Virus record (IMG/VR): IMGVR_UViG_3300032116_000102
Coordinates: 1 to 64,000 of that record
Source of the DNA: a virus
Strand: one strand, 5' to 3'
Length of the DNA: 64,000 bases
The position numbers were made by a program, and so were the translations under genes. Below the pieces are notes generated by a model. That model saw only the letters and a program-made list of their open reading frames with translations. It was not told where the DNA came from and ran no database searches. Shown piece by piece: positions 35,962-45,017 of the stretch (its first letter is position 1; the number at the start of each line of letters is the position of its first letter).

Positions 35962-36081
35962 ATGTTTGAATCCTTGTTTGCTGCTGTACTTCCAGTTGTT
36001 AAAGATCTTCTTTGGGCCGCCGCAGGCATGGCCCTTACCTACTTGCTCAACAAAATCCAAACTCAATTCAACACCATTTGA
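35962..36081 (+). CDS. Small hydrophobic peptide (39 aa)
   Basis: MFESLFAAVLPVVKDLLWAAAGMALTYLLNKIQTQFNTI, after the pseudoknot and a CA-rich leader. Confidence 0.55.
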   Translation: MFESLFAAVLPVVKDLLWAAAGMALTYLLNKIQTQFNTI

Positions 36082-36083
36082 TC

Positions 36084-36797
36084 ATGGCTCACATCACTCA
36101 GACTAAACTTGAAGATCTAAATATCATCAAGCTATACGAGCACTATGGTGCCCTGGAACGCTCTCTTCCTCTCCTTACTCCTGAGTCCCAGGAACTGGCA
36201 AAGGCCGAGCTGGAATGTTGCGCCAACCTACGGTCTGAAAAGATTGATCGTGTCCATTACGCGATGGCTGCCCATGAAGATGCTCTGGAGCGAATTAAGA
36301 AAGAAGGAGATCTGATCGCCCAGGCCAAGCGTCACCATGAGTCGCAACTAAATCAACTCAAGAACTTGCTAGGTTGGCTACGGCGTGCATTGCCGCTGGA
36401 CTGCAACAGAATTCAAGGCAGGAACTATGAGTTTGTCCTTTCCAAGAAGAAGGACCTCACGGTCGAGATCACATCGGATCCGGAGTTTTGGCACACTGAC
36501 GAAAGAAAAAAGTACTGCATCCAGCAGGAAGTCACCACAACCAAAAGAATCGTGGTACGTTCAATGTCAGGAGAAGTTCTATCCGATAGAACAGAACCCA
36601 AAACAAAAACAGAAACCCTCCCAAACCTTGATGCAATCCGCAACGCTTACCAAAACGGTGAACACCTACCGACTGGAGTCAAAGTCGAGCAACAATATGC
36701 AATCCGAAAAAATCGCCTCTTCTCTACCAAGTGGATGGAAGCACAAGCACCCGAATATTTCGGAGAGCTTCTACCGGAACCTGACTCCGCCGACTGA
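36084..36797 (+). CDS. Siphovirus Gp157-like protein
   Basis: EKIDRVHY...IKKEGDLIAQAKR coiled coil; PNLDAIRNAYQNGEHLPTGVKVEQ. Confidence 0.65.
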   Translation: MAHITQTKLEDLNIIKLYEHYGALERSLPLLTPESQELAKAELECCANLRSEKIDRVHYAMAAHEDALERIKKEGDLIAQAKRHHESQLNQLKNLLGWLRRALPLDCNRIQGRNYEFVLSKKKDLTVEITSDPEFWHTDERKKYCIQQEVTTTKRIVVRSMSGEVLSDRTEPKTKTETLPNLDAIRNAYQNGEHLPTGVKVEQQYAIRKNRLFSTKWMEAQAPEYFGELLPEPDSAD

Positions 36798-37047
36798 CTT
36801 GGAAGATGCACACATCATGATGTGCTGCCATCAACAATCCGTTGATGACTTCCAGATGCAGATCGATATGCTGGATATTGAAATCAGCATGCTCTGTGAA
36901 GAGGGGCGTGAAGTTCCCGCCTATCAAGAAGCCAAGCTTGATGAGCTAGAAGAACGTAAACTCAAACTGCTTTCGGGTAAACGGTTTCATCAGAATGCAC
37001 GCCATGCCTATTGGTATGTCACTGCACGTGGTGATAAAAACAACTGA
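36697..37047 (+). CDS. Hypothetical protein
   Basis: 3' part of ORF-track 36385-37047. Confidence 0.5.
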   Translation: MQSEKIASSLPSGWKHKHPNISESFYRNLTPPTDLEDAHIMMCCHQQSVDDFQMQIDMLDIEISMLCEEGREVPAYQEAKLDELEERKLKLLSGKRFHQNARHAYWYVTARGDKNN

Positions 37048-37080
37048 AGTAAAATAACCTAACAGTGCAGTTGGGGTTCC

Positions 37081-37344
37081 ATGGCAAATGAAGAGCTGAT
37101 CAGTAAATTACTGCAGAGCTTCACGGCAGATGGGACCCCACTTCCTGCGTTAATCGGTAATAAGTTGGAATGGTCGGTCACAATCTTGACCGCTGCCATG
37201 CTTTCCAATGAAAACCTGGCATCATCAATGGATGCAGAAGAGATGGTTGATGCTGCAATCAACTACTCCAATCTGATCCAAGAACGTCTTGGTTATTACG
37301 AAAGCGTCAAGGTCCATTCTTTAGAACGACTTCTCGGTACTTGA
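37081..37344 (+). CDS. Hypothetical protein
   Basis: ORF track. Confidence 0.6.
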   Translation: MANEELISKLLQSFTADGTPLPALIGNKLEWSVTILTAAMLSNENLASSMDAEEMVDAAINYSNLIQERLGYYESVKVHSLERLLGT

Positions 37345-37385
37345 TAAAAGTTACTGCTACAGTATTTGAGTCTTCTTTGGATTAA

Positions 37386-37583
37386 ATGGAACCTGTTGTT
37401 GTGCCAAGGTTGACCGTATCCTTTGCGGTTGACATTGACGTTGAATATAATTCCTTCGGTGGTAAAACTGCCGATGAAATTGCAGACGCTCTACAAGATG
37501 ATCTTGATGATCTGTTATTTGAGTTGAGCCCTTACGTCAAAGGCGTCTATACTTCTACAACAGCCGTTAACTTCAATGACTGA
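37386..37583 (+). CDS. Small acidic protein
   Basis: ORF track. Confidence 0.55.
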   Translation: MEPVVVPRLTVSFAVDIDVEYNSFGGKTADEIADALQDDLDDLLFELSPYVKGVYTSTTAVNFND

Positions 37584-37866
37584 CAACCTCGAAAAGAAGC
37601 TCCGCACTGCCGGTGCCTTTGATACGCCTTGGCTGAAAGAGCAGCTCCGTAATTGGAACACCAAAGCCGAGCAAAAGAAAGCAGACTTTATGGAGCACAT
37701 GTATCAGTGCTCTGGTCGTAGCAACGGTTTGTACACCGGCCTGTGGCAAGACTTCTGCCTGACAGAAGCTGGTCCTTACTGCCGTGATGAATACTTCCGT
37801 CGCGTTGAATTTGTCAAAGATTTAGAAGCCGGTAAGTTTGCAGGACAAGAAGTTATTCTTTCTTGA
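37576..37866 (+). CDS. Hypothetical protein
   Basis: KADFMEHMYQCSGRSNGLYTGLWQ. Confidence 0.6.
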   Translation: MTDNLEKKLRTAGAFDTPWLKEQLRNWNTKAEQKKADFMEHMYQCSGRSNGLYTGLWQDFCLTEAGPYCRDEYFRRVEFVKDLEAGKFAGQEVILS

Positions 37867-38072
37867 CAACGTAACTGAAGCTACAACTTAGAATAGGGGA
37901 GTGCTTCATTATTAAAGCATTCCCTTTTTTATGGATGAGCGATCTCCTATCGCTGCTCTTAGGCAGCTTGATATCAATTACATCCTTTATGTAACAGAAA
38001 GAAATAACCCCAAATGTAAACAACCGGTGTCAGATGATTGGTTGCAGGGCTATCATCAAGCTGTAAAGGATC

Positions 38073-38498
38073 TTGCTTCTTACCTTGGCACAAACCACGC
38101 AACCTGATACGCTTAACCAGGTTTATTCAGAAGCCTTTGAAGAGTTCAATAAAAAATTACGTGCACCTGATGGGCTAACGGCTAAAGACCGTAGAGAATC
38201 CACCAAAGAAAAATCAGACTACATCAAACAAAACTTCAAACCAGAGGCTGATGTGCTTAAAGCCCCAGACAACAAATGGTCGGACTTTTTTCAGGAGTCC
38301 AAGAGCAAAGCAAAAGAACGCCTGCGTGAACACCTAGGCGATACCGTTAGCGAATTTGTTGACACCAACGTCTTGACTGGCAATGAATTTTTTGAGGTAT
38401 TGCTTGAAGTGGTCTATGACAACTGGCAATACTACCAAAAAAATGCAAACGAAAATCAAGCTTTACTCAAGCTTTTGCAGAATGTAAATAACGATTAA
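38073..38498 (+). CDS. Hypothetical protein
   Basis: ORF track; start uncertain. Confidence 0.5.
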   Translation: MLLTLAQTTQPDTLNQVYSEAFEEFNKKLRAPDGLTAKDRRESTKEKSDYIKQNFKPEADVLKAPDNKWSDFFQESKSKAKERLREHLGDTVSEFVDTNVLTGNEFFEVLLEVVYDNWQYYQKNANENQALLKLLQNVNND

Positions 38499-38517
38499 TT
38501 ACATTTGATGCGTATTT

Positions 38518-38545
38518 GCAGTGGCCGTAAGGTCACTGCTTTTTT
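38518..38545 (+). terminator. Intrinsic terminator ending the early/middle region
   Basis: GCAGTGGCC-GTAA-GGTCACTGC-TTTTTT. Confidence 0.8.
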
Positions 38546-38592
38546 ATGTCAAACATACTGAACCTAAAATAAAATCACGTAGCTAAAGACTA

Positions 38593-39912
38593 ATGCCTAA
38601 CTATAGAGATCCAACGGACGAGAACTTATACCCCGTACATAAAGTTCAGACTTGTAGTGGGCGTCCATTAGAAGTAATTACTGCAAGTGGAAATAATGTT
38701 TACGTCCAGCCAGCTGGCATGGCAGGCGATGCTTTTGGACGTACTCGCGTATCAGCGCCTTTAACTTTATTTGATTCAAGCCATCGTTATAACGACAATG
38801 GTTTGTGGTCGACATCCAGTGGCACAGGGGCAACTTATGCATTTAATGCAAACGAAGGCCTTGTTGATCTCAATGTAACCACTGCATCTGGATCTGAAAT
38901 CATCCGGGAAACAACTAAGGTTTGTTCATATCAACCAGGGAAATCCCTGTTGTTTATGTCAACCTTTGTCATGAATCCTGCAAAGGCAAACCTACGACAG
39001 CGAGTTGGTTACTACGGTGCTGCCAATGGCATGTACCTGGAAGTCAGTGGTACTACAGGACCAGCCCTGGTCGAACGTAGCTCAGTAAGCGGAAGCGTTA
39101 ATGAGACACGGGTGCTACAAGCCAACTGGAATATTGACAAACTGGATGGCAACGGACCATCTGATTTTACCCTTGATATCAGCAAGGCGCAAATCCTTTG
39201 GTTTGATATTGAATGGCTTGGTCTTGGTACTGTGCGTGCAGGGTTTGTAATCAATGGTTCATTTATTCACTGCCATTCATTCCATCACGCCAACTTAATT
39301 ACATCCACCTATATAACAACGGCATCGTTGCCGTTGCGTTATGAAATTACCAATGTAGGTACTACGGCAAGCAGTAGTACCTTAAAGCAAGTCTGCTCAA
39401 CCGTACTGTCGGAAGGCGGCTATGAACTGCGTGGTGCACAGTCTGCAATCGGAACTCCAGTTGCCTCTCCGCGTGATTTGACAAACGCTTCTACTGAGTA
39501 TCCTGTCATCTCTATCCGCCTTAAATCAACCCGTCTTGACGCAATTGTCATCTTGACTGCGTTGTCAATTATGGGTATCACCAATAACGCAAACTACAAC
39601 TGGAAAGTGATTGTTGGTGGTACAACCTCAGCTGGTTCATGGGATACCACGGGAACTAATTCATCCGTTGAATACAACATCACTGGTACATCCTTTACGA
39701 TTGGTACAGGACGCATCCTGGCCAGTGGTTTTGCCACCGGTTCCAACCAAGGGTCGACTGTTATTGACATCTTGAAAGAAGCATTGTTTTCATTCCAGCT
39801 AGAGCGTAATGGTCTGACTGGTACGCCCATAGAATTAACTTTGGCGTGCAGTACTGCACAAGCTGGTTCTGACATCCTTGCCTCTATGGACTGGGAAGAG
39901 ATCAGTCGTTAG
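38593..39912 (+). CDS. Virion structural protein (beta-rich)
   Basis: DAFGRTRVSAPLTLFDS, YQPGKS, WLGLGTVR motifs; S/T/G-rich. Confidence 0.65.
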   Translation: MPNYRDPTDENLYPVHKVQTCSGRPLEVITASGNNVYVQPAGMAGDAFGRTRVSAPLTLFDSSHRYNDNGLWSTSSGTGATYAFNANEGLVDLNVTTASGSEIIRETTKVCSYQPGKSLLFMSTFVMNPAKANLRQRVGYYGAANGMYLEVSGTTGPALVERSSVSGSVNETRVLQANWNIDKLDGNGPSDFTLDISKAQILWFDIEWLGLGTVRAGFVINGSFIHCHSFHHANLITSTYITTASLPLRYEITNVGTTASSSTLKQVCSTVLSEGGYELRGAQSAIGTPVASPRDLTNASTEYPVISIRLKSTRLDAIVILTALSIMGITNNANYNWKVIVGGTTSAGSWDTTGTNSSVEYNITGTSFTIGTGRILASGFATGSNQGSTVIDILKEALFSFQLERNGLTGTPIELTLACSTAQAGSDILASMDWEEISR

Positions 39913-39964
39913 CATGAAATTGTGTAATTAGTTCCCGTTACAATAGAATTACTGCTAAAAAATT

Positions 39965-40516
39965 ATGTATACTCCTGGTCCTCAAACGGTTCCTATCCCA
40001 CAAACCCCTGGACCTGAAGCGTTGCCTGAACCCCAGGCTAAGCCAAAAGGTCCGGCGCGTTCAAAGAATGGTGATGTTGGGGCCTTCATCCAGCAGTGCA
40101 TCTCCCTCTGCTCCTACCTCAAGGAACTTCAGACACAATCCCATCTGATTCACTTGAACTACGAGGGGCCGAACTTCCTCGGGGTGCATGCCTTCCTTGG
40201 AGATCAGTACGAAGCTCATCTGACTCAATTCGATACGTTGGCTGAATTCATCAGGTCGATGGATTACCTGATGCCAATGTGCGCCAGGGGTTTGGCTGAT
40301 GCCGGCCCTGGTATCCAACACGTTACCAGCTACAAGGGAACCGATCAACTCACCACGTACTACAAGAACCTGGAGGAGCTGGGCATGAAGACCAAAAAGC
40401 TGGAGCCCATTGCCGCCAAGGTGGGTGCCATTGATATCCAGAACTACATGGCTGACCTCTGTGGTCAAGCCTTTAAGGCCGCTTGGTTCGTTAAGGCTAC
40501 GTTGCGGAATGGTTGA
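39965..40516 (+). CDS. dps: Dps/ferritin-like protein
   Basis: HLIHLNYEGPNFLGVHAFLGDQYE...DTLAEFIR ferroxidase-centre pattern. Confidence 0.8.
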   Translation: MYTPGPQTVPIPQTPGPEALPEPQAKPKGPARSKNGDVGAFIQQCISLCSYLKELQTQSHLIHLNYEGPNFLGVHAFLGDQYEAHLTQFDTLAEFIRSMDYLMPMCARGLADAGPGIQHVTSYKGTDQLTTYYKNLEELGMKTKKLEPIAAKVGAIDIQNYMADLCGQAFKAAWFVKATLRNG

Positions 40517-41097
40517 TGGAATTTTTTAATGAAGAATCACTAGCCAATCTTCCTGTTGATTACGGTGATATTGCAATGACGCGTGGACAAGCGCGTCAAA
40601 TCATTGATCGGTTTGCCCAGGAAGCTGTTAAGAAAAACATCACGCCAGATGCTTTGTATGATGGTCTTTATTACTTAGGACAAGTTGGACAAAGTCCTGA
40701 CTTTTCTCGTAGCATGATTCGCAACACGTTAAAGAGTCCTATGGGATCTTTAGTTGTGGAAAATCCTGGGCTTGCATCTCAAGTTGTTGGTCAATTTGGG
40801 GGGATGCTTCAAGCCGGTGGTGTTAATCCAGCCTTAGCTGGTAAACATATGGGATTAATTGGAAGCCTTTTACAAGAAGCAAAAAAAGATAATCTACTCC
40901 GTTCAAACGTAACAACTGAAGAGGTTCGTAAAGAAATTCAACAACCTATGCACGGTGCCTTGCAAGACTGGTTAAAAGCAAATCAAAAAAACTCTGCAGT
41001 TGCTGATGTTTTATTAAAGTCTCGTTTCGGTGCTGCAAACATCGGTGCAGCAGCAGCAACTAAGTTTGACCTACCACGTCTTGCTGTTGATTTTTAA
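40513..41097 (+). CDS. Hypothetical protein
   Basis: ORF track. Confidence 0.6.
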   Translation: MMEFFNEESLANLPVDYGDIAMTRGQARQIIDRFAQEAVKKNITPDALYDGLYYLGQVGQSPDFSRSMIRNTLKSPMGSLVVENPGLASQVVGQFGGMLQAGGVNPALAGKHMGLIGSLLQEAKKDNLLRSNVTTEEVRKEIQQPMHGALQDWLKANQKNSAVADVLLKSRFGAANIGAAAATKFDLPRLAVDF

Positions 41098-41112
41098 TTA
41101 AGGAGTAAATAA

Positions 41113-43107
41113 ATGGCTGGCTTTGAAACACGTGCAATTTGGGGTTCTGATCCGGGACTCGTATCAGATCGTTTCCGCTACACAGGTGTAAGTGTTCCGC
41201 TTCTTGATGAAGAAGCAATTAAACGTATCCAAGAAGGTGCCAAGGAGTTGGAAAAAACACCTTTTGCGCCTGCGGAAGATTACCCTGCAATTTCGGAACT
41301 CCAGTCACGCGGTCAAGTAGGACTGCCTAGCCCTTCTGAAATTATTGCAATACAAGATATTAACCGTCTCAAAGCGTTTGAAGATGTAATAAACCAACGA
41401 CAACAACCTGTAGTTCCTTCTTCTCTTAATACAAACCAGCTAAACCTCGAGGGAACTAATCCATTTGAACCTGGGCGTCAGGCAGCGGAGAAAGAATGGA
41501 AACGGCGCATTGATGCAGGTGAACCAGAAGGATCTGTTTTTGATCGCTTAATGAGCGTTCGCGATAAAGCCATAGAGTGGGACGCAATGAAACAAGGCGC
41601 TCTTCAACCAGGGCGTATTGCAGGAATTAAACCAGAACCCAGAAACCTAAATGTTTATAGCGGTTCGCAGCCAGGGAGTCCCTTTGATAACATGCGGACT
41701 TCTCAAGTAGAAGCCGCGCTTAATCAACAAAAAGCAATCTCTGCTGCAGAAAATAATCCCAATGTTTTCCAGCAACTACTAAATGAAGTCGGCAAAGAAC
41801 TAAAAGGTGCTGGTTCTGGTATTAAAGAACTTGGGCGCATGGCAGCTGACGTTGTTGTGCCAAATAGAAATAAAGTTCCTGACTACATGCTCGATGTAGT
41901 AGAAACACCTGAATTTATAGAAGCAAAAAAACAACTTAAATTCTTTGGTTCGCTTCCAGGGGAATCAATTGCTCCTGGTGTTCTTTCTGAAAAACAAAGT
42001 CGCTGGCTTGTTGATAACAGACGTACTCCTGTTGTTGGTGGTGGTGCTTTTGGCGCTGTAATGGTGCCTGAACGCAGCGGAAAGGCATTTAAAGTACAAG
42101 AAGGTCAAAGCAAACGATTCCTAGAAAATGAAATTGAAATGGCTTTGCGGACGGCGGAGCTTGGCCTTGGCCCTCAGGTTCATGCCGCTACTCTTCAGCC
42201 AACAGGTAAACCACTTTCTCACTTAGGCAGTTCTGATCCCGAAGGAGAGGCTTATCGTGCAATCGTGCGGACAGAAGCTGTACCTCATCGCAAATTCAAA
42301 GATCTATCTCCCGAAGAACAGCAGTTTTTAGAGCTGGAAAAATTTAAATTAAACGAAGGTTTATATCGAGGTGGTGTTGAAAATAGGGACAGTCACTTTG
42401 AAAACATTTTATTAAATGATGCAACTAAAAAAGCAGTACAAGTAGACTCGGGCTTGGCTCGTGAGTATGACGCATTTAATGAAGAGCATCTGCAAAATCG
42501 TCTTAGAAATATTGTCTACGGTTTAGAAACCGTAGGTCTTAAAGAAGTTGCACGTGATACCAGTGAACTTGGTAATGCTTTAATTGATGAAGCCTGGAAA
42601 ACAAAAACTCCTGAGTTATACGCTGAAGTAGAAAACTTCTTCAACAGAAGTGGAAATATCTTAATGAGTCAATCCAGGCCTCTTGCAAAAGCTGTGCCTC
42701 CCGCAATTAAAGGAACCAATAAAATCCCTATGTTAAAAACAGGAACAGCTGCTATTGGTGTAGATGCTCTTCTTGGTTATGCTCTTGGGCAACCCAAAGA
42801 ACAGGCGGTAGTTGATGCTGTTACCGCACCAATTAGCGCTGATGCAATTGGCGGAATACCATTAGCTTCCATTGAACGCCTTGGTCCCAGGGGGGAATTT
42901 GTTGATACGCGCACAAATACAGTCCTCAATCCACAAGGTCGTTACACCAACACTGGTATTGCAATTAAAGGCGGTAAACCAATCATTGTTCCCCGTGGTT
43001 CCGTTGCAGGTGAAGGCAATATCCTGACGCAAGGCGCTGGGGTTCTTCGTAATGCAGCCAATGTCTGGAAGCAACGTTTAGGTGCATTGGGTATCTTTGG
43101 ACGTTAA
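41113..43107 (+). CDS. Large protein with a central protein-kinase-like domain
   Basis: VGGGAFGAV (Gly loop), AFK, ENE (helix C), NRDSHFENILL (catalytic loop), VDSGLA (DFG-like). Confidence 0.7.
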   Translation: MAGFETRAIWGSDPGLVSDRFRYTGVSVPLLDEEAIKRIQEGAKELEKTPFAPAEDYPAISELQSRGQVGLPSPSEIIAIQDINRLKAFEDVINQRQQPVVPSSLNTNQLNLEGTNPFEPGRQAAEKEWKRRIDAGEPEGSVFDRLMSVRDKAIEWDAMKQGALQPGRIAGIKPEPRNLNVYSGSQPGSPFDNMRTSQVEAALNQQKAISAAENNPNVFQQLLNEVGKELKGAGSGIKELGRMAADVVVPNRNKVPDYMLDVVETPEFIEAKKQLKFFGSLPGESIAPGVLSEKQSRWLVDNRRTPVVGGGAFGAVMVPERSGKAFKVQEGQSKRFLENEIEMALRTAELGLGPQVHAATLQPTGKPLSHLGSSDPEGEAYRAIVRTEAVPHRKFKDLSPEEQQFLELEKFKLNEGLYRGGVENRDSHFENILLNDATKKAVQVDSGLAREYDAFNEEHLQNRLRNIVYGLETVGLKEVARDTSELGNALIDEAWKTKTPELYAEVENFFNRSGNILMSQSRPLAKAVPPAIKGTNKIPMLKTGTAAIGVDALLGYALGQPKEQAVVDAVTAPISADAIGGIPLASIERLGPRGEFVDTRTNTVLNPQGRYTNTGIAIKGGKPIIVPRGSVAGEGNILTQGAGVLRNAANVWKQRLGALGIFGR

Positions 43108-43358
43108 CTAACCCAGTGCTCAAGCCTGTGGCAGTTGCAGCAAAGCGGGATGCATTTCTCGATCTCTTGCTCGACCCTGCTCCAGGCGTAGCCATGATTC
43201 ACCATGCTTGAGATGTTGTTATCCTTATCACCTACGTGGTGGAACTCAAGGACACGGTGATCATCCAACCCACACTGCTTGCACTCCAAAGTCTTCTTGT
43301 ACTCCAGAAGCTTTTGTCGGTTTTTATCGATACGTTTTTTGGCATCAACCCAAGCCAC
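43104..43358 (-). CDS. Small HNH endonuclease
   Basis: CKQCG...LEFHH...KCIPLCCNCHRLEH. Confidence 0.75.
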   Translation of the reverse strand: MAWVDAKKRIDKNRQKLLEYKKTLECKQCGLDDHRVLEFHHVGDKDNNISSMVNHGYAWSRVEQEIEKCIPLCCNCHRLEHWVS

Positions 43359-43433
43359 GTATAGTTTTTTGTCAGACGTACATATAATTTATCAGTATTC
43401 TTGATAAACGCAATTTATTAGGATTCTCGATAA

Positions 43434-43507
43434 TCGGAGATGCAGGATTTGAACCTGCGACCCATTGCTCCCAAAGCAATTGCGCTACCAAGCTGCGCTA
43501 ATCCCCG
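43434..43507 (-). tRNA. trnP: tRNA-Pro(TGG), no encoded CCA
   Basis: CGGGGAT/ATCTCCG acceptor, ATTGC-TTTGGGA-GCAAT anticodon arm, GCAGG-TTCAAAT-CCTGC T arm. Confidence 0.92.
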
Positions 43508-43771
43508 TTAAAGGGCAAGGATGTCCGCCTACGATGAGCGACTTGGCAGCTTATGCTGAAGCTAGTTTCGCCATTTTACGATGCGGCCGAGGGGATCCTT
43601 CGTTTAATGCAACGTTCCTTGTTGCACCCTTGATAATAGATGGAGCAAGTGTGATACACCTCAAGGATGTAACAGGGACTTGCCCTCTATCTCAACCAGG
43701 GAAGGTGACCCGCAACCAACGACGGACCTCAGAACTGGCTGACTGCCCCATCGAAAAGAGAGGGGGAACGC
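43508..43771 (-). ncRNA. Putative structured RNA(s) upstream of tRNA-Pro
   Basis: Several hairpins (43608-43626, 43636-43690) between a TAGAAT box and the tRNA; no credible ORF. Confidence 0.45.
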
Positions 43772-43773
43772 AA

Positions 43774-44403
43774 TTATTCTACATGCTTCACTTCGTACAT
43801 GTAATGGTCTGAGGTCTCCAGCTTCCTTTTGTTTTCAACGGAGTACACTGTCATGTCAATCTCATATCCTGGGTTCTCCTTGATTCGATTGAAGGTCCAG
43901 GCATTGTCGTACCAGATGATTCGGTTATTGGGATACGCGTAGTAATTACCGCTCTCCATCTTGAAGAGGTGCGCACATTTATGCTCAGGCGTCTCTGAGA
44001 AACTAAAGTCGGTGGTACCCTTATTCTCCCATGACCAGTCAAGGGTAAACATGTAAGCCCCAAGAGCTTTCTCGCCGTTGGGTTTGATCAACTCCGCCTG
44101 CAAGCCAGCGAGGCGAGCCCGTTTCTGCACATCAATATAAGGGGAGAAACAATCCCAATACATCACATCTTCCAGCGGTTCGATGGGTGCATCAGGCTTC
44201 CAGCAGAAGGCATGCAGTGGGCGCCGTGTCCAATTCACACCGTTCTCAAGGAATGCTTCAAAGAGGGGCACACGCTTTTCAATGCTGGCAACAGAGTGCA
44301 CGTCACATTTTGTTACTTCGCCGTGACCCTGCTTGTGGTTGTAGAGAAACTCATTACGGATGTAGCAAGACCAATCGGGAAGATTGTGATTCAAATACGC
44401 CAC
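43774..44403 (-). CDS. Phage hypothetical protein
   Basis: MAYLNHNLP...WDCFS...EHKCAH...YPNNRIIW; GTG start. Confidence 0.7.
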   Translation of the reverse strand: MAYLNHNLPDWSCYIRNEFLYNHKQGHGEVTKCDVHSVASIEKRVPLFEAFLENGVNWTRRPLHAFCWKPDAPIEPLEDVMYWDCFSPYIDVQKRARLAGLQAELIKPNGEKALGAYMFTLDWSWENKGTTDFSFSETPEHKCAHLFKMESGNYYAYPNNRIIWYDNAWTFNRIKENPGYEIDMTVYSVENKRKLETSDHYMYEVKHVE

Positions 44404-44407
44404 GCAC

Positions 44408-44533
44408 AAAAAATCCCGGTTGTTATACCGGGATCATAACTTCCTTCTCGCTCAACCGCTGTAAGCACCACGTTCGTAACGTGGAAGGGGTTTCGACTAT
44501 TACCCCTAGAGCGGTATTGCTCCGCTGTCAGGA
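44408..44533 (-). ncRNA. Putative small structured RNA ending in an intrinsic terminator
   Basis: 3-way junction ACCGCT/AGCGGT, AGGGGT/ACCCCT, CCACG/CGTGG; terminator ATCCCGG...CCGGGAT-TTTTT. Confidence 0.5.
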
Positions 44534-44535
44534 TA

Positions 44536-44736
44536 TCATGACTTTGATTGTTTGTAACGCCGGGCTGCACGACCAGCTAATTTTGCTTTCTGGGTGTTCG
44601 GTACAAATTGCTTGCCCTCGCGACTAGCGGCGCGTTTCTTTTGGTCTGTCTCCGCACGTTCTTCTGGGGATAAGGAGGCCCAGGCGCTCTCTGGTAGGTA
44701 TCGCTTGGTGTATCCCTTTTGAATTGCTTTATCCAT
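44536..44736 (-). CDS. Small basic protein (DUF5872-like C-half)
   Basis: RYLPESAWASLSPEERAETDQKKRAASREGKQFVPNT. Confidence 0.6.
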   Translation of the reverse strand: MDKAIQKGYTKRYLPESAWASLSPEERAETDQKKRAASREGKQFVPNTQKAKLAGRAARRYKQSKS

Positions 44737-45017
44737 TACTTTGAATCTTTGTATTTCTGCGCAGCAGACTTAGCTTGTTTCCTTTTTTCATACTCATCTT
44801 TCGTCATCCAAGATTCACGGCCCCACTTCTCTAAAGACTTTTGCTTCTCTCCTTTGCCGCCTTTGTATCCGCCACCAGCTTTTTTATACTCCTGAGCTAC
44901 AAGCTGAGCCTTACGCCCGGACCATTGACCTGGTTTCCCTCCACGAGAGCCAGACATTACGCGATCTTTGATGCGTTCGCGCAACTCTGGTTTGGTATAT
45001 TTATTCTCCTGAGACAT
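44736..45017 (-). CDS. Small basic protein (DUF5872-like N-half)
   Basis: YTKPELRERIK...GGKPGQWSGRKAQLVAQEYKKAGGGYKG. Confidence 0.65.
   Translation of the reverse strand: MSQENKYTKPELRERIKDRVMSGSRGGKPGQWSGRKAQLVAQEYKKAGGGYKGGKGEKQKSLEKWGRESWMTKDEYEKRKQAKSAAQKYKDSK

Noticed and set aside
44470-44533. Hammerhead ribozyme (CTGA...GAAA on the minus strand)
   Set aside because: The core reads CTGACAG rather than CTGANGA, and the stems do not flank GAAA correctly.
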